Of a DNA stretch of 64,000 nucleotides, positions 1 through 9,235 are shown in pieces. Each line of letters starts with the position of its first letter. Position 1 is the first letter of the stretch. This DNA comes from Antedon mediterranea (taxonomy: Eukaryota; Animalia; Echinodermata). The translations under genes were made by a program, and so were the position numbers. The stretch is from contig NC_092676.1 of the NCBI RefSeq assembly GCF_964355755.1, positions 1,741,788 to 1,805,787 on the forward strand. The letters run 5' to 3'. A model generated the notes under the pieces. That model was not told where the DNA came from. It worked only from the letters and a program-made list of their open reading frames with translations, and did no database searches.

Positions 1-836
1 TAAATTTATCATAGTTTAAGTTTAAACTTGACTGATGTTATAAGTTTGATAAATACACATTTGATTATCTCATAATCAATAGATAATTTTAAAGCCCACC
101 ATTTTGATTTGGTTGGTTGGTTTTGACACACAAAAGAATTACATAGATGAATACACAGTGTTAAATTGTTTTTATTATTCTGTCTTGATTGATTAAAAGA
201 AGGAACTAGATGTCACATTGATGATAGCTACCTTACTGAATACAGTATTTCAACTTAATTATAAAACAATAACTTTAAATCTGTAAACAGCATTGCTTAG
301 AATGACCTGTTCTTATAACAAGAAGCACACTATATCTACTAGTTTATTGATAATGTATAATATATAGTTTAGTTATTAAAGATATAAAACATAATGTAAA
401 CTAGTATTAAACATTACTGGTATTATACTGGTCCACTATACGCTGTCTGTGCACTGTGTAATAGGATAATATGAAGGAAGTACAGTAGGCCTATTTGGCA
501 TAGTATAGTGAGGGTGGCAGTGGAGTAGGCAATACGTAATTGTTCTGCTTGCATTTATCTAAAAATACACATTGGTTAAAACTAATTGACAATATTTCAA
601 AAACTATATTGATACTAGTGTCTTGATCTATACTGTATAGTGAATAACAACCATCTGTTTAAAAATCTGAACAAAAAAAAACACATTAAGTTGTATAAAT
701 GTTTATCTTACAATAGTATTATATTAAAGTTTTAAAAGCCAATGTCAAATGATAAATCATAAAATAATTTATCCACGCATTCTGTAAATTGGTGAGTTAC
801 TCGCTGTTCGATGCGTATGAAATTAAAACAGATATA

Positions 837-1175
837 CCGTATTGTTTCTAATAAATAAAAAGGGGGGGGGGGCGTTTATTGGAGGTAAATTTCAACACCC
901 AAAATTACCTGAACAGGCTGCTTTAAAACAGTTAAAAAGTTTGTTATTTGTTGAAAAACAATTTAATGTGCAAGCTATATCTAGGCCATATTCCGTTTGC
1001 TACAGTAGTTATTTGAACAGCAATAAGTTCATCGCTAGTGGGTGAAATAAATATATTTTCTTTTATTACCAATCTAACGCTCCTATATGGACTGGATACA
1101 CATGCAATTCTATTTGAGCACTCATTACAATATGGAAACAATCTCAGAGCGGGCGTTTATTAGGAAACAATACGG
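837..1175. mobile_element. Non-autonomous Tc1/mariner-pogo-like MITE
   Basis: Terminal inverted repeats CCGTATTGTTTCTAATAAA (837) / TTTATTAGGAAACAATACGG (to 1175), flanked by TA on both sides; internal repeat ggcgtttatt. Confidence 0.6.
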
Positions 1176-1917
1176 TAGGTATTCATGTGTAGAACATATA
1201 GCATATAGCATAACATAGCATTTGTATAGTGCAGAACAAAAGCTCATGAAGCTTAAATTAAAACATGGAGGTATAAAATTAGAATAATTAAATTTTATAC
1301 CTCCATGATTGAAGGGTTATTTTTTCAATGAACTCCAAGTGCAAACAAGTTTTTAATTCATCTTGTACATGTCATAATATTACTGTATTTCATATATTTC
1401 TTTGCAATTGTAGTAGTGCATTAAAATATTACTGTTGAAAATGAATTAATTTACCTATATCAGTATCTGTCATTGGTTTACCATACTTTCTCTCATGGCA
1501 AAATTTTCCTGTAAAAAAATAAAAAAAAAAAAAAAATTTAATTTAGTACTGGACATTGACACTGGTTACAGCCGACACTTAACACTAAAAAGTAAGAAAA
1601 CAAAAGTTAGTAAATCACAGATAATGATTATCTCGTTAAACTGTATGGGGTTTCAGGAAAATTAACTGTGCACAGAATTATTTTACAATGCTTTTTATAG
1701 TTAGCTTACACAAAATCTAGACTTCCTTTTGGCATAAATTATTATCCAATATTTCCGTATACAACAATATTCAACAATATTCTTCCTTGTTAAACCTATG
1801 CTTCCTTATATTATTAAAACACACTAAATGCAAACAGCACTTCAGTCTTTGAGCAAATTAGCAATTTAGATAATTGGATTTAACCAAACTGCATCAATAC
1901 ACAGAGGTTTTTTAAAG

Positions 1918-3066
1918 ATGACCCTAAAATTCATTTTGGTAGTGAACTGCTTGTTGATATTCAGACATGGAGGAGCTTCAAGAAGTTTAGTAATAATTAG
2001 TGCTAAGTTTCACTACTCATCAACAAGTAAGGTAAACATTACAATCATACCAGTAATAAAACGACAGAATGTTGAGCGATTAGGAAAATATGTAACAGTT
2101 AAATGTCCACTTTTCATTTCGTTTGGTTCTAATCAAGGACTATACGCATGTCACTTTGATGATAATATTCAAAAAACTATTTATACACGGCCGGGTGTGA
2201 AATATACCACATCTCGACCAGATCTTGTAAAACTCTATTGTGACGGATTAAGGGACATCGTTGAAGGAGAGGAAGTACACATTTCATGTGATTTGATCAA
2301 AGAGTCTGACTATGACCAACATGAAGTAACAACTATTTGGGTTCAAGGAAATCACAACATTACACAGACTCATCGTATAGATACTGACATTACAATTAAT
2401 CTGACTTTTAAAGGTTTTTATTCTGGAGACGGGGTGTTTTGGTACTGTATTTCATTTGAGAATAGCATTAATTGCTATGAATTGTTTATGACAGTTTATC
2501 CCCAATTAATGGTAGAGGTCAAAGGTGTATATGAAAATTCTGAAGTTGATGTGAACAATAATTGCTTCAAGTGTTATGCACAAGGTGGACCTGGTAAGAT
2601 AATTTTAAATTGGAGTTTGAATGGAGTGGAATTGCAGTATCGGTTCTATGAAACTGATGAAAGATGCTTTGGAAATTTACCAGCTGGTAACTACACTGTT
2701 AAGTGTCTGGTGAGTACTGATGTTCAGAACAGATCTGATGAGATAACATTCACAATTGAAGATGCCAGGCTAGTAGCAATGACAACATATAAAAAAATCA
2801 TTAATGAAGCCATGTCAGACAGAATGACAACATCTAATAAACTGATTATAACACTGGTAACAAGTACAATGGTGATTGCACTTGTATGTATGGTGTTGTG
2901 TTATTATATTAAGAAGAAATATACCAGCATACCACAACCTGTTGTGTACTATCAAAGAGACAGAGACCCATCTGGAAGTGAGTATTCTGATGAACATACC
3001 AACATGGCTGAAACGATTTATGATGCAATTAATGATACAGTAGAACATATTGAAACTGCAGTTTGA
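1918..3066 (+). CDS. Intronless type-I membrane receptor, paralog 1 (Ig/PKD-like ectodomain; short tail with ITSM-like TIYDAI and C-terminal ETAV)
   Basis: 382-aa ORF: hydrophobic N-terminus, Cys-containing ectodomain with NxS/T sequons, membrane-proximal C-x12-W...GNYTVKC domain, TM LIITLVTSTMVIALVCMVLCYYI followed by KKK. Clearly homologous to the ORFs at 5905 and 9236. Confidence 0.8.
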   Translation: MTLKFILVVNCLLIFRHGGASRSLVIISAKFHYSSTSKVNITIIPVIKRQNVERLGKYVTVKCPLFISFGSNQGLYACHFDDNIQKTIYTRPGVKYTTSRPDLVKLYCDGLRDIVEGEEVHISCDLIKESDYDQHEVTTIWVQGNHNITQTHRIDTDITINLTFKGFYSGDGVFWYCISFENSINCYELFMTVYPQLMVEVKGVYENSEVDVNNNCFKCYAQGGPGKIILNWSLNGVELQYRFYETDERCFGNLPAGNYTVKCLVSTDVQNRSDEITFTIEDARLVAMTTYKKIINEAMSDRMTTSNKLIITLVTSTMVIALVCMVLCYYIKKKYTSIPQPVVYYQRDRDPSGSEYSDEHTNMAETIYDAINDTVEHIETAV

Positions 3067-4780
3067 TCTTCAGACTCTCAAACACTTTGTACTAACAATA
3101 ACATCACATAAAAGAATGTTATTATTGTTGTCGTTATTGTCATTATTTGCCGCCATCATTATTACTGCCCCAGCGTGTGTATACTGTACATGTACAATAG
3201 TAGAGTAAGGTTTATGATACAACATGGGACTCTTCAGAAAAAAGATTGAGAATGTCTCAACACTTCAGTTGTTAGCAACTTCTGGAGTGATGATGACGAG
3301 GAGGCAGAGAATTCTTAACCTTTTTAGGAATCTCATGGTGCACTACAAAATTCATTTTACTAAAATTATTGTTTAGTATTTAAATGTAAAAAAAAGCCTG
3401 CAAATTTCTACTGTACTAAAATATTTGAATACGGTACTTGTTATTTTTAAACTATTTGAATCTACAACATTTATCAGATCACCTAAGATGTAAGCCTAAA
3501 ATATTAATATACTTCCTTAATATACTAAAACATAGTATGCGTATATAACAATTTATGCAGGATGTGAAAAGGGTATTAAGACGTAAAACGCAAAAATATT
3601 ATTATACAGTTGTATTAATACACTAAAACATAGTGGTTTTGACAAATTGGAATGCGAAAGCCTATAATATTTGAGCTACTTCCTTATTAGTAATACAGTA
3701 GTAATATAATACAACTAAACAATTTTATTATAATTATTGGCAATTAGTACAGATATTAGAAAACACATAGAAATATGTATGCAAAAGATTTTCCAACATA
3801 AACTGTTGGGTGGGTTTTTACTACAATTTATATTGTCTTACAAACATGTATGTATATATTTTTTTACTAGAATATATAATACATCGTATTTTGTATTTTT
3901 TTAACCCGAATAATACATTGCCATTGAAATGAATTAGGGGACTTGGAGAAAGAGGTAGTTTTCTAGTTTAGATGATTACCATAATAGTGTATGTAATATT
4001 CCACCCATTCAAAAAATTCAGAAACAGTATTGATCATATTAAACTTAATTAGTGTAAATATACTGTACAAAAAAATCAACAATAAATTCAGTATGTATGT
4101 TGTTATTGTTTCATGCGTGTGAACTTTTTACCAAAGTTTTGTTATTATTAGCGAAAACCAAACTAGAAATATATATATATATTCTTCCTTGTTGTCATAG
4201 TACAAACCGAAGCTTTCTGTATAAAAAATAAGCACAATTAAAACAATTTAATTGAAGAAAATAAATGAGTAACTCTTTAATCTTTGGCCAAAAATTATCA
4301 ACATATAGAGACTTTTTTAGGAGGACTTTATAACTCCTTACCATCATACTACAAACATTTATACAAGTATAATGGTGTTAAGACTTACAGGCTCAATATT
4401 TCAAATTGAATTTTAGATAAATAGTTGTGAGATTACTCAGCACCAGTGCGCCCTCATGGACTGGCGTTGTTTGTTCGTTGTGGCTGTGATTTCCATGTTG
4501 TTTGTATTGAGTTAACTCAATATATTGACAGTTATTAAAATACATTATTCGCATTACATCAGTCTATGTGTGATCTGTAGCATATAACCATCAACCTTAT
4601 TGGCGCAGCGAAAACCAAAACACAATTTAACACTGTATTTCATGTTGGCATCATATAAACCTAGACTTTCACACAAATAAAAAGAAATCAAAAACACTAA
4701 TTCTGTCTCTGCTGATGATGATAACATCAAGAATTTAGAAGTTGGCTTTTTACAAACTGGTTATAGAGACGTTTTTAAAG

Positions 4781-5017
4781 ATGTGGTATTTTTTTATCAT
4801 CATTATTTTAATTGTTTCTGGCACTGGGTAATATTTATACTTGTGTGTGTGGTATGTTGTGACAAATGTAAAAACATAACAACAAAACACAACCTGCTAT
4901 ATACTATCAAAGAAACAGGGACTCAATGGCCAGTGAGAATTCTTTCTACAGACCAACGTCAATGAAGGACTTTACTGTGCAATTAATGAGTCACCAGAAC
5001 ATGTTGGAAATGCCTAA
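4781..5017 (+). pseudogene. Degenerate, ectodomain-less relic of the receptor family (TM + tail of paralog 1 type)
   Basis: Same start context (gtttttaaagATG) as paralogs 1 and 2, early stop (MWYFFIIIILIVSGTG*), then frameshifted pieces VIFILVCVVCC / QPAIYYQRNRDS / TNVNEGLYCAINESPEHVGNA* matching paralog 1 VIALVCMVLC / QPVVYYQRDRDP / TNMAETIYDAINDTVEHIETAV. Confidence 0.7.
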
Positions 5018-5904
5018 ATGATACACTGTGGTTTGGAAACAATTGGTTTATAACAAAGCAAGTAGTGAGAACAAAACAATATAAATTGATATTATATTAT
5101 TGCATTGTAATGATGAAGAAATGAATAAGAACATTGCAATGGTATGTTTAGACCTACTTACTTGCATATCATTTATAGTGAAGCACTTCTTAATTAGCAT
5201 TGTTACAGCAATACAACGCTTTGTGATCAATTTGATGATTGGTTGTTGATTAGACTTAGGTGTTGTGGAGTAAGGTGCAGGATTGGTCCTTTTGGAGTTT
5301 TTACGCTTAGATAACTTAAAGTCAGTTTTGGAGAAGGTGGAAATCTTTCAGCTTTCTCTACTTACCTACTTCAGACGCTGTGTACAATGCAAAACCATAC
5401 ATTTGGAGGCTTGCAAAAAGCACTAGGGTTTTAGTCATCCTGCTCTCATCAGTATTTTTTACTATATTAAAAACTTGAACATTTATACTAAATAGTTAAC
5501 AGGCTATGCATATCTAAACTGCCATATACACAGTGCACTAGCTAAGTCTAAAGTACAGTATTATGAAACATTTTTATAAAACATGTTACTTTACAGTTAA
5601 TGTCCAAATTAATAAAACAATTATTAGTAACTTAGATGAAACAATATAATAATGATGTCACATGTTTAACTAACTGTATTGTGTATTGAAATTTCTTTCT
5701 TTATCTTTCTTTTGTTATCAGTGAAAACCGAAATAAAAACTTTAGAAATTACAAAATTAGTTTTGATTATAAAAACTATTATTATATTAGTATATTCTTC
5801 CTTGTAATATAGAAGAAATATTAACACCTCAGCAGTCCTGATGTCAGTCTTTGTCTACAGGACTTGGTTTTCCACAAACTGCATCAACACTAAAGTTTTT
5901 AAAG

Positions 5905-8124
5905 ATGGTTTTGACATTTCTGAATATCACGATTGTATTGGTGACCTATTTGTTGATATTCAAACCTGGATCTTCCAAAAAGTTGGTAAAATTTGACAGA
6001 GTATTTTATTACTCAATATACCTCAAGCACAATGTGAATATTAAACCATCAAGTAGATGGGACACCATTAACTTGTCTGGAAAGTATGTTCAAGTTAAAT
6101 GTCCACTTTACATTTCTTTTGTTGACCAACAAATATACACATGTCATGATGATCATAATTTACAATATTTGCGACCTTCATCAGGTATAAACGAGACCAG
6201 GCATCAACCAAAGCATGTGAAACTTTATTGTGAAGATATGAAAGACATCATTGAAGGAGAGGAAGTACACATTCAATGTGATTTTATCAAAAAAGATGAC
6301 AACATCCAATATGAAGTGACAATTGGTTGGATCCAAGGAAAGCACAACATTACACAGACTCATCATCTAGATACTGACGTTGGAATTTATCAGACATTAA
6401 AAGGATTTCATTATGGAGAAGGCATATTTTTGTTCTGTTTTTCAAATATTAATCATTACACCGGGTGCTACACATTGATATTGATGGTTCACCCTCAATT
6501 AAAGGTAGAGGTTCAAAGGTTGTATGAAACACCTGAAGTTGATGTGAACCAGAATTGCTTCAAATGCTATGCTGAAGGTGGATCTGGTGACAAGATAATT
6601 TATCATTGGAATTTGAGAGGAGAGGAATATCAGTATCAGTATTACAATGAAACTGATGAAAGATGCTTTAGTAATTTATCAGCTGGTAACTACACTGTGA
6701 AGTGTCTGGTGAGTACTGATGTTCAGAACAGATCTGACGAGATAGGATTCATAATCAGAGTTGACATGCTAACAGACATGACCTCCAAAGATGACATGCC
6801 AACAGCCACAAAGGCAACTAAGAAGGCCAACACAATAATCATTATACTGGTAACAAGTACTATACTGATAGTTTTGCTTGTGTTTGTTGTGAGTTGTTAT
6901 AAAAACCAGAAGAAACATCACAACACACCTGTACCTGTTGTGCACTATCAAAGTAATAATGACACAATTAGTGTTGGCGACACAATTAGTGTTGGTGACA
7001 CTTCTGAGGTTTTACAACTGATGACAGAAAATGAGATTTACTGTTCAGTTGATGATAACATAACAGAACAAGCTGAAAATTCACATGAGAGCTGTGACAC
7101 TGTGATTGAAAACAAAAGGTTACAAAATGCAAGAAATGAGAACAGAGAGACAGCAGAACAGACTGACTATGTTAGCTGTGACCCTGTGATTGAAAACAAG
7201 AGGTTACAAAATGCAAGAAATGAGAACAGAGAGACAGCAGAACAGACTGACTATGTTAGCTGTGACACTGTGATTGAAAACAAGAGGTTACAAAATGCAG
7301 GAAATGAGAACAGAGAGACAGCAGAACAGACTGACTATGTTAGCTGTGACACTGTGATTGAAAACAAGAGGTTACAAAATGCAAGAAATGAGAACAGAGA
7401 GACAGCAGAACAGACTGACTATGTTAGCTGTGACACTGTGATTGAAAACAAGAGGTTACAAAATGCAAGAAATGAGAACAGAGAGACACCAGAACAGTCT
7501 GACTATGTTAGCTGTGACACTGTGATTGAAAAGAAGAGGTTACAAAATGCAAGAAAAGAGAACAGAGAGACAGCAGAACAGACTGACTATGTTAGCTGTG
7601 ACACTGTGATGGAAAACAAGAGGTTACAAAATGCAAGAAAAGAGAACAGAGAGACAGCAGAACAGACTGACTATGTTAGCTGTGACACTGTGATTGAAAA
7701 GAAGAGGTTACAAAATGCAAGAAAAGAGAACAGAGAGACAGCAGAACAGACTGACTATGTTAGCTGTGACACTGTGATTGAAAAGAAGAGGTTACAAAAT
7801 GCAAGAAAAGAGAACAGAGAGACAGCAGAACAGACTGACTATGTTAGCTGTGACACTGTGATGGAAAACAAGAGGTTACAAAATGCAAGAAATGAGAACA
7901 GAGAGACAGCAGAACAGACTGACTATGTTAGCTGTGACACTGTGATTGAAAACAAAAGGTTACAAAATGCAAGAAATGAGAACAGAGAGACAGCAGAACA
8001 GACTGACTATGTTAGCTCAGACACTGTGATGGAAAACAAGAGGTTACAAAATGATGATTTGGAAATTATTGCAGAAAATGAGATATACCATTCAATTTAT
8101 GATAATAATATAGAACAGGCATAA
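5905..8124 (+). CDS. Intronless type-I membrane receptor, paralog 2, with a long cytoplasmic tandem tyrosine-repeat tail
   Basis: ATG at 5905 (aaagATG, as in paralog 1; the ORF track starts at an upstream TTG); ~739 aa; same ectodomain; TM IIIILVTSTILIVLLVFVVSCY; tail ENEIYCSV, 11 x (T/S)DYVS(C/S)D repeats, ENEIYHSI. Confidence 0.8.
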   Translation: MVLTFLNITIVLVTYLLIFKPGSSKKLVKFDRVFYYSIYLKHNVNIKPSSRWDTINLSGKYVQVKCPLYISFVDQQIYTCHDDHNLQYLRPSSGINETRHQPKHVKLYCEDMKDIIEGEEVHIQCDFIKKDDNIQYEVTIGWIQGKHNITQTHHLDTDVGIYQTLKGFHYGEGIFLFCFSNINHYTGCYTLILMVHPQLKVEVQRLYETPEVDVNQNCFKCYAEGGSGDKIIYHWNLRGEEYQYQYYNETDERCFSNLSAGNYTVKCLVSTDVQNRSDEIGFIIRVDMLTDMTSKDDMPTATKATKKANTIIIILVTSTILIVLLVFVVSCYKNQKKHHNTPVPVVHYQSNNDTISVGDTISVGDTSEVLQLMTENEIYCSVDDNITEQAENSHESCDTVIENKRLQNARNENRETAEQTDYVSCDPVIENKRLQNARNENRETAEQTDYVSCDTVIENKRLQNAGNENRETAEQTDYVSCDTVIENKRLQNARNENRETAEQTDYVSCDTVIENKRLQNARNENRETPEQSDYVSCDTVIEKKRLQNARKENRETAEQTDYVSCDTVMENKRLQNARKENRETAEQTDYVSCDTVIEKKRLQNARKENRETAEQTDYVSCDTVIEKKRLQNARKENRETAEQTDYVSCDTVMENKRLQNARNENRETAEQTDYVSCDTVIENKRLQNARNENRETAEQTDYVSSDTVMENKRLQNDDLEIIAENEIYHSIYDNNIEQA
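7091..8053 (+). repeat. Coding minisatellite, 84-bp unit (28 aa), ~11.5 copies
   Basis: aggttacaaaatg recurs every 84 bp from ~7117 to 8041; unit encodes TDYVSCDTVIENKRLQNARNENRETAEQ. Confidence 0.95.
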
Positions 8125-8391
8125 ATAATACCGAAAAACACTAAAATATTTTGTACTAGAGTCTCAATAACTTGAACTCTATAAAGCAAACGTTTGTTCT
8201 CTCATACATTATGATACACTATTTTAATGTCAACAACTTCCTGTTACGTTTGAGATACATTTTATATTCTCAACTGAAGTGAAAAAGAGCAATAAAACTG
8301 GAAATGAAATATCGTGTGAAATTAGAGTTAACAAGAATGAATTCCTGGTGTATTTGGACAAAATAATTCTACCAAATTAAAATTAAAAACA

Positions 8392-8671
8392 AGAACCAGA
8401 GGTCATATTTTAAAAATAAAAAAATCAACAATGCAGAACTAGGAACAGGCAAAATCCATTTTTATTCAGAGCCATTAATAACTGGAATTCTTTACCCGGA
8501 CATGTTGTGGAAGCCAACACAATAAACCAATTTAAATTAGTATTGGAGAAATAGCTAACCACCCAATGAAGTACGACCCTTACATCAAATGCACGCGAGA
8601 AGTAATGAGGGGCAAACAAATACCACCGCTTTCAGCCTCTACACCTAAATAAACCCAAGTAAGTAAGTAAA
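8392..8671 (+). mobile_element. 3' fragment of a CR1-type LINE
   Basis: Conceptual translation RTRGHILK...RNRQNPFLFRAINNWNSLPGHVVEANTINQFKLVLEK* fits the CR1 ORF2 C-terminal pattern (TRGH...WNxLP..VV.A....FK..L); ends in a (gtaa)n tail; absent from the homologous 3' flank of paralog 3. Confidence 0.7.
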
Positions 8672-9235
8672 TTGTTCTGAATAACTACTGCAGAACATTC
8701 TGAGTACAGTTTTTACTCTCTCTATGATTTTATCTGAACACTTTGCCTGGCTAAATTTAGCATTTTACATACTAATAAATTAACAGTAATATTTGTTAGT
8801 ATAAACAGTTTTTGAGTTAATTAAGATATAAGGAAGAAAAGCAAAGAGACTATGGAGCGGCTATTCCTGAATATACAATACTAAGTATCGTAGATTTAAA
8901 TTATAAATTTTAGGCGATCTTGTTAAATGTCAAGCACCAATAGCCTGCCACGTTTCAATTTTACACAAAATTGCTTTCAATATCGGTGAAAACATAAATA
9001 AAATCTGTTTTCAATCAAAACAAAAGGTTCTGTATAAAAATATCCACAAAATTAGTTTTGATTAGTAAAACTAAAACATAAAGTATATTCTTCTTCCTTG
9101 TTTCAATATTATAAACTGTGACTTTCTGTATTTTATTCACACTAACAGTAACACATGAAATGTAAACACCACTTCAGTCTTAAGCTACAACAGGACCTGG
9201 AATTTCTGCATCAATACATAGAGAAGTTGTTTAAG

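Noticed and set aside
5851-5904. N-terminal extensions of paralogs 2 and 3 given by the ORF track (5851, 9155)
   Set aside because: The homologous aagATG directly before the signal peptide (5905, 9236) matches paralog 1's start; the upstream codons are not conserved starts.
7091-8053. 84-bp array (also the 46-bp and 29-bp arrays) as a CRISPR array
   Set aside because: Units are contiguous with no unique spacers, no cas genes are present, and the context is a spliced eukaryotic genome.
8300-8309. GGAAATGAAA ETS-IRF composite-like site
   Set aside because: Single short match downstream of paralog 2 in A-rich DNA, not clearly conserved in other paralogs; likely chance.
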